NCBI GenBank assembly: GCA_023227965.1
Contig: JALOCA010000002.1
Span: 65,457-129,456, forward strand
Source of the DNA: Lentimicrobiaceae bacterium
GTDB taxonomy: Bacteria; Bacteroidota; Bacteroidia; Bacteroidales; JALOCA01
Direction: 5' to 3'
DNA length: 64,000 nucleotides
The position numbers and the translations under genes are program-made. Each line of letters opens with the position of its first letter. The stretch's first letter is position 1. Under the pieces are notes generated by a model. The model saw only the letters and a program-made list of their open reading frames with translations. It was not told the DNA's origin and did no database searches. This document shows, piece after piece, positions 29,943 to 40,940 of the stretch.

Positions 29943-30716
29943 ATGGTAGACACCTCCAGGTTTGTAAGGGCAAAGAAACATTTGGGACAGCATTTTCTGA
30001 AGGATGACAACATTGCCCGAAAGATAGTAGGAAATTTGTCGCCCGGAACAAAAAATGTGCTGGAAATCGGAGCCGGAACTGGCAAACTCACCCAGTATCT
30101 GCTACAGCAACCTTTTGAAAATTTCTATATCATAGAAATAGATACAGAATCAGTGGATTATTTGCTGGTACATTATCCAGAATTAGCTCCCTGGATTATT
30201 TCAGGCGATTTTTTAAAAGTGGATATTACAAGAATATTGGAAGGAAATTTTTCTTTAATCGGGAACTTCCCATATAATATTTCGAGCCAGATTTTTTTTA
30301 AAGTGCTCGAAAACCGTAACCTTGTTACCGAAGTGGTAGGCATGGTGCAGAAAGAAGTTGCTGAGCGCATTGCTGCGCCGCCAGGCAGCAAAACCTACGG
30401 GATTTTGAGCGTGTTGCTTCAGGCTTTCTATACTATTGAATATCTGTTTACTGTTAACGAAAATGTGTTTTCTCCACCACCCAGGGTGAAATCTGCTGTT
30501 GTCAGGCTCAAACGCAATACTGTGCAGCAACTGGATTGTGATGAAATTTTTTTCTTCAAGGTAGTGAAGACTGCCTTCAATCAAAGACGGAAAACCTTGC
30601 GTAATGCCCTGAAAGGAATTGCTACCAAACCTGAAGTACTGCAATCACCCGTTTTTGAACTTCGGGCAGAACAACTTTCTGTGGCGGATTTTGTGAATAT
30701 TTGCCGGATGCTGTAA
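29943..30716 (+). CDS. rsmA: 16S rRNA (adenine1518/1519-N6)-dimethyltransferase
   Basis: From MVDTSRFVRAKKHLGQHFL, then VLEIGAGTGKLT and GNFPYNISS, the KsgA/RsmA signatures. Confidence 0.9.
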   Translation: MVDTSRFVRAKKHLGQHFLKDDNIARKIVGNLSPGTKNVLEIGAGTGKLTQYLLQQPFENFYIIEIDTESVDYLLVHYPELAPWIISGDFLKVDITRILEGNFSLIGNFPYNISSQIFFKVLENRNLVTEVVGMVQKEVAERIAAPPGSKTYGILSVLLQAFYTIEYLFTVNENVFSPPPRVKSAVVRLKRNTVQQLDCDEIFFFKVVKTAFNQRRKTLRNALKGIATKPEVLQSPVFELRAEQLSVADFVNICRML

Positions 30717-30771
30717 AAAAGAGATAAAGGGCAGGGAAATAATATTTTTTTTAATCCAAACCCATTCTTTC

Positions 30772-30779
30772 TATCTTTG
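30772..30779 (+). promoter_or_regulatory. candidate -7 promoter element (TAtcTTTG)
   Basis: tatctttg lies 26 nt upstream of ATG 30806. Confidence 0.35.
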
Positions 30780-30805
30780 TTTCTCTGAAATAAAAACTAT
30801 CGGAT

Positions 30806-31699
30806 ATGCCTTTTTTACAAAAAGAAAAACTGTTTTCACGCAAATGGTTTAAAGCTTACGGATTAATTGCTTTTGGCGCCCTGTCGGTAGCTGCCGGCTA
30901 TGTGTTGTTCATTACACCCTACAAAATTGTTCCTGGTGGAGTTTATGGAATATCCATTGTGTTGCATTATATCATAGGTACTCCCGTAGGGCTTGTTGCA
31001 TTGGCATTTAACATTCCACTTACCATACTTGCCGTAAAAATTTTGGGTCCGCGTTTTGGTCCGAAAACCGTTACGGGCTTTGTGCTGACTTCGGTTTTTG
31101 TAGATTCAATTGCATTGTACACCGATAACAAACCTCTGGTAGAAAACGACCCGCTTTTGTCGTGTATTTTCGGGGGATTGCTTATAGGACTGGGAGTAGG
31201 TTTTATTTTCAAGGCAAAAGCCACCAGCGGCGGCTCGGATGTTATTTCGATGATATTGAACAAATATACAAAGGTTCCTGTTGGTCAGCTTATAATGATA
31301 GTTGATTCCGTTATCGTTCTTCTCAGTTTTGTTGCTTTCGGCGACTGGAAAATTCCCCTGTATTCATGGATTGTAATTTTTATAATTGGGAAAGTTGTGG
31401 ATGTGGTGTTGCAGGGCTTAAGTTACGACAAGACTGTTTTCATCATCTCTGACAAACATGAAGAAATCAGGAATCGCCTTATCAACGATGTGCATCGCGG
31501 AGGAACATACATCTCCGGTTCTGGCATGTACAACGGTGCCGAAAAGAAGATAATTTTTACAGTGGTAAGCCGCAGAGAACTCTCGATGCTCGAAGAATTC
31601 ATCCACCAGATTGATCCGAATGCATTTCTTACTGTACTTGAAGCCAATGAAATTCTGGGGAAAGGGTTCAAATCTCTTGAGGAAAAATTGGCAGACTAA
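30806..31699 (+). CDS. YitT family membrane protein (with DUF2179 C-terminal domain)
   Basis: 297 aa with five TM helices containing PGGVYG and TSGGSD, followed by a soluble C-terminal domain. Confidence 0.85.
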   Translation: MPFLQKEKLFSRKWFKAYGLIAFGALSVAAGYVLFITPYKIVPGGVYGISIVLHYIIGTPVGLVALAFNIPLTILAVKILGPRFGPKTVTGFVLTSVFVDSIALYTDNKPLVENDPLLSCIFGGLLIGLGVGFIFKAKATSGGSDVISMILNKYTKVPVGQLIMIVDSVIVLLSFVAFGDWKIPLYSWIVIFIIGKVVDVVLQGLSYDKTVFIISDKHEEIRNRLINDVHRGGTYISGSGMYNGAEKKIIFTVVSRRELSMLEEFIHQIDPNAFLTVLEANEILGKGFKSLEEKLAD

Positions 31700-31753
31700 A
31701 GATTTTGTCGTTTTTCACTAAAATGAATTCTTACTTTCAATAGCTTATTTCCC

Positions 31754-31761
31754 TATTTTTG
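31754..31761 (+). promoter_or_regulatory. candidate -7 promoter element (TAttTTTG)
   Basis: tatttttg lies 21 nt upstream of ATG 31783. The track start at 31759 is the TTG inside the motif. Confidence 0.4.
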
Positions 31762-31782
31762 CAGGCAGGAGAAATTCCAGGA

Positions 31783-34149
31783 ATGAGAAAAACGAAGATA
31801 TTTGCTTTACTTTTTTTGTTGTTTTTATCTGAATTTCTTTGTGCGCAATCGTTAACCCAAACCATCCGGGGAAGGATAGTGGATAAAATTACCAAGCAAC
31901 CACTTCCGTTTGCCAACGTGGTTCTTCCGGTTGGTGAAAATTTTATAGGTGTTGCCACAGATATTAATGGTTATTACCGCCTTGAAAAAGTACCTGTCGG
32001 CAGGCAGGAAATAAAAGTGTCCTACATCGGTTACAGGTTAATAAACATCCAGGTAACGGTAATTTCTGCCCGCGAACTCATCCTCGATATCGAGCTGGAA
32101 GAAGCTATTGTAACTGCCGGTGAAGTTACCATTACCGGAAATTCAAATAAGGAGCGACCTATTAATGAAATATTAAAAGTAAGTTCCCGACTTTTTACCG
32201 TAGAAGAAACGCAGAAGTTTGCCGGCACACGCGGCGACCCTGCCCGCATGAGTATGAACTACGCCGGAGTTTCTGGTGCCAACGACCAACGAAACGATAT
32301 CATCATCCGGGGAAATTCTCCTACAGGCATTCTCTGGCGGATAGACGAAGTGGATGTTCCCAATCCCAACCATTTTGCTGCCTTGGGAGCTACTGGCGGA
32401 CCGGTAAGTATCCTCAACAACAATATGCTTGCTAATTCCGATTTTATTACCGGAGCCTTTCCGGCAGAGTATGGCAATGCTCTTTCCGGAGTTTTCGACC
32501 TTAAAATGCGCTCCGGTAACAACGAGAAACGGGAATATACCGGGCAAACCAGCTTCAATGGGCTGGAACTCGGAACGGAAGGTCCCTTCAGCCGCAAAAA
32601 CGGAAGCTCGTATATTGCCCATTATCGCTTTTCCTCGCTCCAGCTTGCCGATGAATTGCTTCATGCCAACCTGGGCACTTCCGGCATACCAAAATATCAG
32701 GATTTTACCTGTAAACTGAATTTCCCGGGCAAAAAAGGAAATTTATCAGTATTCGGAATCTGGGGACACAGCAGTATTGACATGCATGGAAGTCGTGATG
32801 AACATTCAAGCCTTTATTCCATCGCAGGACAGGATTTGTCCAATACTTCCGATATGCTGACAGGTGCTGCTACTTACACTCATACCCTAAATACTTCTTC
32901 TTTTTTAAAAATTATTATTTCCGGAAGTCATCAGAAAGGGGCTACGCATACCGACACACTCGATAACAACAATACGCTTCACAAGTATTATAATGAAAAG
33001 TTCATAAACAATATATTGAATGTAACCGCTTCTTTTACCAAAAAATTCTCTCCCCGCATTTCATCAAAAACCGGTTTCAGCATCGATTGGATGGCATTCG
33101 ACCTTTTTTCGGAATATTATCCTGTGAAAGAAAACCGCATTGACAAAGAAAGTGATTTTTCGCAGGGGATAACACTTCTGAAAGCTTATACACAATGGAA
33201 CCTGAAGATTAACGAACGTTTGTCGCTGACACCCGGCTTGCACTATCTTCGTTTCGGAATAAATAATTCCGAATCTTTAGAACCGCGGGTTTCTCTTTCG
33301 TGGGTAGTTTCCGGCGTGCAAACCCTGAATGCAGGTTACGGATTGCATAGCCGTCAATTACCTTTGTATGCCTATTATTATGATACAAAGCTGAGTAACA
33401 ATGAGGTTATTAAGACCAACAAAAACCTCGATTTTATTCGTACCCATCATTTTATTGTTGGCAGCGACAGGAGCCTCAACGAAAACCTCCGTTTGAAAAC
33501 AGAGGCTTATTATCAATATCTTTATAATGTTCCTGTAGAAAAACGTAGCTCCTCTTACAGCCTGGAAAACATTGGTGCAGAATGGCAGTTTGATTTACGC
33601 GACAGCCTTAAGAATACCGGTACCGGCAAAAATTACGGAATTGAGCTTACATTGGAAAGGTTTTTCAATAGAAGCTATTATTACCTGCTTTCCTTTTCGT
33701 TATTCGAATCAAAATATGAAGGCAGCGACGGAGTAGAACACAACACTGCTTACAACGGAAACTATGTTGCCAATGCTTTGCTGGGCGGAGAAATCAAGTT
33801 AAAAGAAGCCAAACATTATTCTACATTGTTGCTGGATACCAAAATTACTATAGCCGGCGGGAGACGTTACACCCCCATTGACATAGAAGCTTCCAGACAA
33901 AAGAACTCCACGGTTTATCTGGAGCAGGAAGCTTACAGCAGGCAGTTTCCGGTCTTTTTTAAAGCAGATTTCAGGCTGGGCATCCGCTTTGGCGGGAAAC
34001 GCATTTCGCAGGAAATACAAATTAATATCGAAAACATCACCGATTACAAAAACGGTATCTTCCGTTACTACAACTGCAAAACGGATAAAGTGGAAACCAT
34101 TCATCAGTATGGCATCTATCCGCTATTATTCAGTAGAATATATTTTTAA
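31783..34149 (+). CDS. TonB-dependent receptor with N-terminal carboxypeptidase-regulatory-like domain
   Basis: The signal peptide is MRKTKIFALLFLLFLSEFLCAQ. A CarbopepD_reg-like region (IRGRIVDKITKQPLPFANV...YYRL) and a plug region (RGDPARM...IIIRGNSPTG) follow. The large barrel ends in ...SRIYF. No susD-like gene is adjacent. Confidence 0.88.
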   Translation: MRKTKIFALLFLLFLSEFLCAQSLTQTIRGRIVDKITKQPLPFANVVLPVGENFIGVATDINGYYRLEKVPVGRQEIKVSYIGYRLINIQVTVISARELILDIELEEAIVTAGEVTITGNSNKERPINEILKVSSRLFTVEETQKFAGTRGDPARMSMNYAGVSGANDQRNDIIIRGNSPTGILWRIDEVDVPNPNHFAALGATGGPVSILNNNMLANSDFITGAFPAEYGNALSGVFDLKMRSGNNEKREYTGQTSFNGLELGTEGPFSRKNGSSYIAHYRFSSLQLADELLHANLGTSGIPKYQDFTCKLNFPGKKGNLSVFGIWGHSSIDMHGSRDEHSSLYSIAGQDLSNTSDMLTGAATYTHTLNTSSFLKIIISGSHQKGATHTDTLDNNNTLHKYYNEKFINNILNVTASFTKKFSPRISSKTGFSIDWMAFDLFSEYYPVKENRIDKESDFSQGITLLKAYTQWNLKINERLSLTPGLHYLRFGINNSESLEPRVSLSWVVSGVQTLNAGYGLHSRQLPLYAYYYDTKLSNNEVIKTNKNLDFIRTHHFIVGSDRSLNENLRLKTEAYYQYLYNVPVEKRSSSYSLENIGAEWQFDLRDSLKNTGTGKNYGIELTLERFFNRSYYYLLSFSLFESKYEGSDGVEHNTAYNGNYVANALLGGEIKLKEAKHYSTLLLDTKITIAGGRRYTPIDIEASRQKNSTVYLEQEAYSRQFPVFFKADFRLGIRFGGKRISQEIQINIENITDYKNGIFRYYNCKTDKVETIHQYGIYPLLFSRIYF

Positions 34150-34222
34150 CTGATTTTTAGCGTCTGAGGATTGCGACACCCAAAATACTTTAGACATTCT
34201 AAATTCATGGCACTAAGTATTT

Positions 34223-35689
34223 TTATTCCAGGTTCCACACAACGCCTTCTTTGGTGTCTTTAATGCTGATTCCGGCTTTTGTCAACTGGTTGCGGATAAG
34301 GTCGGAAGTGGCAAAATCCTTGTTGGAACGGGCGTTTTGCCGTATGGAAAGGATCAGTTGCATAAGGTTATCCACCAATTCTGTTTGTTCTCCGGCAGCT
34401 TCGGGTTGCAGACCAAGAATTTCTATGGCAAATACTTCAAAAATTTCTTTCAGAAAAGCAATATCTTCAGCCGAAAGCTGGAGTTTTTTATCATAAGCTG
34501 AGTTAACAATACGAACGGCTTCAAACAGGTTTGCTATGAGAATAGGACTGTTCAAATCGTCGTTCATTGCTTCGTAGCATTGTTCTTTCAGTTTGCTGAT
34601 GTCTTCAGTAGAACTTGAAGCCGGAATAATTTTAGGCAACAGGCTGATGGCGGCAAACAAACGTTTCAACCCTTTTTCAGCAGCTTGCAGGGCTTCGTTG
34701 GAAAAGTCGAGCTGGCTGCGGTAATGTGCCTGGAGAATAAAGAAACGTATGGTCGCGGCACTGTAAGCCTGCGTAAGTGAAGCATGGTTTCCACTAAAAA
34801 ATTCCGACAAGGTGATGAAGTTGCCAAGGGATTTGCCCATCTTTTGCCCGTTGATTGTAATCATGTTGTTGTGCATCCAGTAGCGGACAGGTTCCTTGCC
34901 GTTGGCAATTACCGATTGTGCAATCTCCGACTCGTGGTGTGGAAACATCAAGTCCATGCCGCCGCCGTGAATGTCGAACTGTTCGCCGAGATATTTGGTT
35001 CCCATGGCGGAGCATTCGAGATGCCAGCCCGGAAATCCATCGCTCCAGGGTGAATGCCAACGCATGATATGTTCAGATTGTGCTTTTTTCCAAAGAGCAA
35101 AATCAAAAGCATTGTGTTTTTCTTCCTGCCCTTCCAACTCACGGGTATTCGAAATCAAATCTTCCAGCACCCGCCCCGACAATTTGCCGTAATGATATTT
35201 CTGATTGTATTTTTCTACATCAAAGTAAACAGAGCCATTAGATTCATAAGCATATCCTGCGTCGAGTATCTTTCGAATAATTTCCATCTGCTCCATGATA
35301 TGCCCCGAGGCACGAGGTTCTATACTTGGATTTTTCACGTTGAGCAAACGCATGGCATCGTGGTAGCGGTCGGTAAAATATTGTACCACTTCCATTGGTT
35401 CCAACTTCTCCAGACGGGCTTTTTTGGCAATTTTATCTTCCCCTTCGTCGGCATCATTTTCAAGATGGCCAACATCAGTAATATTTCTTACATAGCGAAC
35501 TTTATAACCGAGATGCTGTAAATATCGGAATAAAAGATCGAAGATGATGGCGGGACGTGCATGCCCCAGATGGGGATCGCCGTAAACTGTAGGTCCGCAC
35601 ACATAAATTCCTGCAAAAGGAGGGTTCAATGGTTCGAAAGGCTCTTTTTTCCTTGAGAGTGTATTGTACAGGTATAGCGAATTTTGCAT
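34223..35689 (-). CDS. cysS: cysteine--tRNA ligase
   Basis: I take the start at [18 protein letters not shown] (ATG 35689). The track start at 35719 is a TTG. The HIGH motif is in [16 protein letters not shown], and the KMSKS motif reads KMGKS. Confidence 0.93.
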   Translation of the reverse strand: MQNSLYLYNTLSRKKEPFEPLNPPFAGIYVCGPTVYGDPHLGHARPAIIFDLLFRYLQHLGYKVRYVRNITDVGHLENDADEGEDKIAKKARLEKLEPMEVVQYFTDRYHDAMRLLNVKNPSIEPRASGHIMEQMEIIRKILDAGYAYESNGSVYFDVEKYNQKYHYGKLSGRVLEDLISNTRELEGQEEKHNAFDFALWKKAQSEHIMRWHSPWSDGFPGWHLECSAMGTKYLGEQFDIHGGGMDLMFPHHESEIAQSVIANGKEPVRYWMHNNMITINGQKMGKSLGNFITLSEFFSGNHASLTQAYSAATIRFFILQAHYRSQLDFSNEALQAAEKGLKRLFAAISLLPKIIPASSSTEDISKLKEQCYEAMNDDLNSPILIANLFEAVRIVNSAYDKKLQLSAEDIAFLKEIFEVFAIEILGLQPEAAGEQTELVDNLMQLILSIRQNARSNKDFATSDLIRNQLTKAGISIKDTKEGVVWNLE

Positions 35690-35790
35690 TGCGGAAATTT
35701 TCATTGATTGGACGGACAAAGGTATTAATTTTCACGACAGGTAACGTACTGTTAAGGAGTAAGGATAAATTTTGTCAGTGAAATTCAATT

Positions 35791-35798
35791 TACTTTTG
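35791..35798 (+). promoter_or_regulatory. candidate -7 promoter element (TActTTTG) at the head of the 35.8-47.0 kb operon
   Basis: tacttttg ends 8 nt before ATG 35807. It lies in the intergenic region divergent from cysS. Confidence 0.4.
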
Positions 35799-35806
35799 GC
35801 AGTTAC

Positions 35807-37087
35807 ATGATTATCGCGTATGTTTGGTTGATTAAAAATGATAAAATTTATTCCGGGAATTTGCAGGGTAACCTTTTGAAAATAAAAGACAGAGAGCTGT
35901 TCAGGCAGCAATGTTTACAAAAAAACTGTTGTATCGTAATCCCCACCTATAACAATGGCGGCACCCTTGAAAAAGTGGTACGGGAAGTGCTGTTGTTTAC
36001 TTCAGGAATAATAGTGGTAAACGACGGTTCTACCGATTCTACTTCTGCAATTCTGGAAAAATTCAAAGAAATAGAGGTAATTACCCATGCAAAAAATCTG
36101 GGTAAAGGCAGCGCTTTGCGAAGCGGTTTTGCTTATGCCATTAGGTTGGGATACGAACATGCCATAACTATAGATTCCGATGGACAGCATTTTCCGGAAG
36201 ACCTTCCGGTTTTTCTGGAAAAATTAGATGAAGAGCCAGGGTCGTTGATTGTAGGTTCACGTAACATGCAACAAGAAGGTATTCCGTCGAAAAGTAGTTT
36301 TGGGCACAGGTTTTCCAATTTTTGGTTCTGGGTAGAAACAGGCATTCGCTTGCCTGATACCCAATCGGGTTACCGATTGTACCCCTTGCATCTTCTGAAA
36401 AATATGCGTTGGTTTACCCGTAAATTTGAATTTGAAATTGAAATTTTAGTCAGGGCGGCATGGAAAGGCATCCCGGTAACCTCAGTACCCGTAAAAGTAA
36501 TTTATGAACCCAAGGAAACCCGGATATCACATTTTCGTCCTTTCAGGGATTTTACAAGGGTGAGTATCCTTAACACTATCTTAGTTTTCATTTCATTGCT
36601 CTGCATTTACCCTTTTCATTTTTTTAAAAGTTTCAATAAGAAAAACATACAGAACTTTTTTCAAAACCAATTATTTAATGCCAACGAACCCAAAAGAGTC
36701 AAAGTTTTTTCGGTAATGCTGGGAGTTTTTATGGGCGTGGCTCCGGTGTGGGGATATCAAATGGCATTGGCACTGTTATTGGCTTATCTACTTAAACTGA
36801 ATAAAGTTATTACATTTATCGCTTCCAATATCAGTATCCCACCTTTTATTCCGGTAATTTTGTGGCTGAGTTATGTTGTGGGAGGATGGATTATGCCCGG
36901 AAAAGGAAGTTCGCTGCAGTTTAATGCAGATTTATCGTTTAATATATTGAAAAATAATTTAATACAATATTTAACGGGTAGCATTATTTTAGGAATTGCT
37001 TTGGCATTGGTTTTCGGAAGTATCACATATATCTCTATTTTGTTGCATCGTAAGTATAAAGAAGGAAATATGGATAATAATACTTAA
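35807..37087 (+). CDS. family 2 glycosyltransferase fused to a DUF2062-type membrane domain
   Basis: 426 aa. The GT-A core shows CIVIPTYNNGGTLEKVV, VVNDGSTDST and the DxD-like ITIDSDGQH. The C-terminal third has three or four TM helices, as I recall for DUF2062. Confidence 0.85.
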   Translation: MIIAYVWLIKNDKIYSGNLQGNLLKIKDRELFRQQCLQKNCCIVIPTYNNGGTLEKVVREVLLFTSGIIVVNDGSTDSTSAILEKFKEIEVITHAKNLGKGSALRSGFAYAIRLGYEHAITIDSDGQHFPEDLPVFLEKLDEEPGSLIVGSRNMQQEGIPSKSSFGHRFSNFWFWVETGIRLPDTQSGYRLYPLHLLKNMRWFTRKFEFEIEILVRAAWKGIPVTSVPVKVIYEPKETRISHFRPFRDFTRVSILNTILVFISLLCIYPFHFFKSFNKKNIQNFFQNQLFNANEPKRVKVFSVMLGVFMGVAPVWGYQMALALLLAYLLKLNKVITFIASNISIPPFIPVILWLSYVVGGWIMPGKGSSLQFNADLSFNILKNNLIQYLTGSIILGIALALVFGSITYISILLHRKYKEGNMDNNT

Positions 37088-37088
37088 A

Positions 37089-40000
37089 ATGGGGAAAATA
37101 TTTAACATATTATATACTATATTTAGTAAACATCGTTGGATATTTGGTATTTCAGTTGCCCTACTTTTTATTGCAGGGGCATATTTTGCCTTGAGGATAC
37201 GAGTGGTGGAGGATGTTACACAATTTATCCCCGAGGATAAAAAAATTGAAAAGCTGAATTATGTTTTTCAGCATCTTAAATCTACTGACAAGCTGATAGT
37301 TTCGGTGTATGATAATGATAGTGTGCATTCGTCGCCCGAAAAACTGATAGCTTATGCCGATAGCCTAACCACTTTTCTCGAAAAAAATTATTCTGGTTAT
37401 ATACGCGGGATACGTTACAAGGTTTCGGATTCGGAAATGTACTCAATTTATGATCTGTTTTATAGTAACTTTCCTGTATTTCTCGAGGAAAGCGATTACC
37501 TACGGTTAGATAGTCTAACAGAAAGCAAACAAATTCGTGAACATTTGCACAAAGACCTTCAAGCCCTGATGATGCCTGGAAGTTTTACCATGAAAAAATT
37601 CATTCTTGGCGACCCTGCAGGATTTATGCCACTTGTGCTTAATAAATTAAAGCGGCTAAAGGTTGACGATAACTATATAACTTACAACGGTTGTATTTTT
37701 TCGTCCGACATGAAAAACCTCATGCTTTTTATTGTGCCTTTTTATCCGGTAAACGAAACTTCAAACAATGCGAGGCTGCTTAAAGCAATTGACAGGCAAA
37801 CGAATAAACTTTCGGAAGGTTCTTCAGTCAGGGCAAGATATTTTGGAGCCGTTGCCGTTGCGGTAGGAAATGCCAACCAGCTTAAAAAAGATTCAATACT
37901 TACTTTAAGCCTGGCAGGTTTAGTTATAGTTGTGTTTATCAGTATCTTTTTCAGGAAAAGGTTTGCCTGGCTGGTCATATTTTTACCGGTAGTTTTCGGA
38001 GGAGTTTTTGCAATGGCAATACTTGGCTTTATCAAGCCTGATCTTTCAGCCCTGGCACTTGCAGCCGGTTCAGTAGTTTTTGGCATAGCCCTGAATTATT
38101 CCATGCACATTTACAGCCATTTTCAGCATACCCGCTCGGTACGAACGGTAATAAGCGATCTTTCAACTCCGCTAACTATCGGAAGTTTTACTACTATAGC
38201 CGCTTTTTTGTGTCTTCTTTTAACAAAATCGGAAGCATTACGCGATTTTGGAGTGTTTTCAGCACTTACACTTATTGGTACTATCTTGTTCTCACTGATA
38301 GTGATGCCCCATCTACTTCCATTGCAAAAAACACATCCCATTCCAAGTAAAACAGCCCGGTGGGTCGAAAAAATTGCCGGATACCAGTTACCAAAGCATA
38401 AATTATTTGTATTATTTCTTTTAATTGCTTCGATTGTATTATTAATTTTTTCGCAAAAAACCGGCTTTGAAAGCGATATGGCAAAAATGAACTACATGAG
38501 CCATAAACTTTTAGATGCCGAAAAAAAGATTAATGCCATAAACAATTCCACATCGGGCAGCTTATATCTGGTTTCAACTGGTAAAACGTTGAATGAAGCT
38601 CTTTTAAATAATGAACTTGTTTACAACGGGTTGAATAATTTAAAACAAAAAGGCGCCATCAGCCGATTTACTCACGTAGGTTCATTTCTTACAGACGATT
38701 CGATTCAAAAACAGCGAATCTCGCGCTGGAATGCTTACTGGACTCCCGAAAAAAAGAGAAAATTTACTCAGAACCTGAAAATTTTAGCACATGAAACAGG
38801 CTTTTCGTCAACGGCTTTCAGCGAAAGTTTGCAGTTAATAAATAAAACTTACACAGTATTAGGTTCAAACGATATTAACCGGATTAATGGTACTTTACTT
38901 AATGAATGGGTAACCAAAACGCCAACAATGAGTATGGTGCTTACACAGGTGGTTGTTAATCCTAACCACAAAAAAGAGGTAAAAGAGGCTTTTATAAACC
39001 ATGAAGACGTAACTGTACTCGATAAATCCGTTTATTCTAACCTGTTCATCACTCTCATCAGTGACGACTTCAACATGATATTGTGGGTTTCATCTCTTCT
39101 CGTTTTTGCGACCCTACTTTTTTCATACGGTAGAATCGAACTGGCTTTTATTACATTTATTCCCATGCTGTTGAGTTGGGTTTGGATAACCGGGTTTATG
39201 GGAATATTTGGCTTGGGTTTCAATATAATAAATATTATTATCTGCACATTTATTTTTGGTTTGGGCGACGATTACAGTATTTTTGTGATGGATGGACTTC
39301 AACAGGAATACAAATACGGAAAAAAACTTCTTTCGTCGTATAAAACTGCCATTTTTTTGTCAGCGTTCACCACCATCACCGGAGTAGGTGTGCTGATTTT
39401 TGCAAAACATCCGGCTTTACAATCAATTGCCCTTGTTTCTATCATCGGAATGATTTCGGTAGTTTTTATTTCATACACTATTGAACCCTTGATGTTCAAA
39501 TTTTTAGTTAATGCAGGTAAGCATCGCAGAAGTGAGCCTTCGGCATGGTTCCTTATTTTTTATGCACCCATTTTTTATGGATTTTATGTAGCAAGTTGTT
39601 TTGCCACCATTATTTTTTGGTTTCTTATTCTGCAATGGCTTCCTATTGGAGAAAAAAGGAAGAAACATATATTCCATTTCATGATGATGTACCTTTCGAG
39701 GGCTACAATTTTTGTGATGTTCCTTGTTCGCAAAAGGATCATTAATTTCGACAAAGAAATTTTTGCCAAACCCTCGGTAATAATTTTTAATCATCAAAGT
39801 ATCATTGACATACCGCTTACAATGATGTTTTCGCCCAAGGTAATAATTCTTACTACCGACTGGGTGTGGAAACATCCGCTGGTTGGAAAAATTGCAAGAG
39901 CAGCCGATTTTTATCCTGTTTCGCAGGGAATTGATAACCTGATAGACCATTTGCGCAAAAAAGTACACGAAGGATATTCTTTACTCATGTTTCCAGAAGG

Positions 40001-40940
40001 GCATCGTTCCCCCGATTTACATATCAAGCGTTTTCATAAAGGGGCTTTCTATATTGCCGAGCAACTTGGTTTGGATATTGTACCTGCAGTTATGCATGGT
40101 ACCGGTGAGTATGTTTCAAAAGGAGAATTTTTGGGGAAAGTCAGTACCATAACTGTTAAATTTCTGGATAGAATTACCCCTGACGACCCGCACTTCGGAA
40201 CTTCACTTGCCGAAAAAGCCAAAAATATAGGATTGTATTTCAAAGATGAACACGAAAAGCTACTCGATACGTTTTACAGGCTGCCTGTTTATCAGAAGAA
40301 AAGAGTCATAAAAAACTACATTTACAAAGGTCCTGTTCTTGAGTGGTATGTTCGTGTAAAACTAAAACTCGAAAACAATTATAGTTTGTACCATCAGTTG
40401 CTGCCCCGCGAAGGAGTTATAATTGATGCCGGCTGTGGATATGGATATATTTCCATTATGCTTGCTTTACTTTCGCCTAAGAGAACAATAACGGGGGTAG
40501 ATTTTGATGAAGAAAAAATTGAGGTTGCACGGCATTGCCTTACCGGGAAAAACAAAGTAACTTTTAAATGTGCCGATGTTTCAGATTATTCTTTTCCGAG
40601 AGCCAATGGAATAATACTTAGTGATGTGGTACATTATCTTAACGAAGGTGAACAGGAAAAACTATTTAATAATTGCATAGCCAGCCTTCAGCCCGGAGGG
40701 GTGCTTTTGATTCGCGAAGCAGACAGTAAAATGCAGAAACACCATAAGGTTACCCTTTTTACTGAATTTTTTTCCAATCTTTCGGGATTTAACCATAGTA
40801 AACATCACCAGTTGTATTTTACTTCGGCTGCAAAAATTCAGCAATTGGCGAAAAAAAATGCAATGGATTTTAAAATATATGAAAAATCAAAATTTACATC
40901 TAACTTATTAATTGTACTTACAAAACCAGAAAATAGCTAA
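37089..40940 (+). CDS. triple-fusion protein: MMPL/RND-type transporter + PlsC-type (lysophospholipid) acyltransferase + class I SAM methyltransferase
   Basis: I take the start at MGKIFNILY (ATG 37089, 1 nt after the upstream stop). Two bundles of six TM helices, each preceded by a large loop, carry GIALNYSMHIY and GLGDDYSIFVMDG. The acyltransferase motifs are FNHQSIIDIP (HX4D) and MFPEGHRS. The methyltransferase motif I is VIIDAGCGYGYISIMLA, with LLIRE downstream. Confidence 0.85.
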   Translation: MGKIFNILYTIFSKHRWIFGISVALLFIAGAYFALRIRVVEDVTQFIPEDKKIEKLNYVFQHLKSTDKLIVSVYDNDSVHSSPEKLIAYADSLTTFLEKNYSGYIRGIRYKVSDSEMYSIYDLFYSNFPVFLEESDYLRLDSLTESKQIREHLHKDLQALMMPGSFTMKKFILGDPAGFMPLVLNKLKRLKVDDNYITYNGCIFSSDMKNLMLFIVPFYPVNETSNNARLLKAIDRQTNKLSEGSSVRARYFGAVAVAVGNANQLKKDSILTLSLAGLVIVVFISIFFRKRFAWLVIFLPVVFGGVFAMAILGFIKPDLSALALAAGSVVFGIALNYSMHIYSHFQHTRSVRTVISDLSTPLTIGSFTTIAAFLCLLLTKSEALRDFGVFSALTLIGTILFSLIVMPHLLPLQKTHPIPSKTARWVEKIAGYQLPKHKLFVLFLLIASIVLLIFSQKTGFESDMAKMNYMSHKLLDAEKKINAINNSTSGSLYLVSTGKTLNEALLNNELVYNGLNNLKQKGAISRFTHVGSFLTDDSIQKQRISRWNAYWTPEKKRKFTQNLKILAHETGFSSTAFSESLQLINKTYTVLGSNDINRINGTLLNEWVTKTPTMSMVLTQVVVNPNHKKEVKEAFINHEDVTVLDKSVYSNLFITLISDDFNMILWVSSLLVFATLLFSYGRIELAFITFIPMLLSWVWITGFMGIFGLGFNIINIIICTFIFGLGDDYSIFVMDGLQQEYKYGKKLLSSYKTAIFLSAFTTITGVGVLIFAKHPALQSIALVSIIGMISVVFISYTIEPLMFKFLVNAGKHRRSEPSAWFLIFYAPIFYGFYVASCFATIIFWFLILQWLPIGEKRKKHIFHFMMMYLSRATIFVMFLVRKRIINFDKEIFAKPSVIIFNHQSIIDIPLTMMFSPKVIILTTDWVWKHPLVGKIARAADFYPVSQGIDNLIDHLRKKVHEGYSLLMFPEGHRSPDLHIKRFHKGAFYIAEQLGLDIVPAVMHGTGEYVSKGEFLGKVSTITVKFLDRITPDDPHFGTSLAEKAKNIGLYFKDEHEKLLDTFYRLPVYQKKRVIKNYIYKGPVLEWYVRVKLKLENNYSLYHQLLPREGVIIDAGCGYGYISIMLALLSPKRTITGVDFDEEKIEVARHCLTGKNKVTFKCADVSDYSFPRANGIILSDVVHYLNEGEQEKLFNNCIASLQPGGVLLIREADSKMQKHHKVTLFTEFFSNLSGFNHSKHHQLYFTSAAKIQQLAKKNAMDFKIYEKSKFTSNLLIVLTKPENS

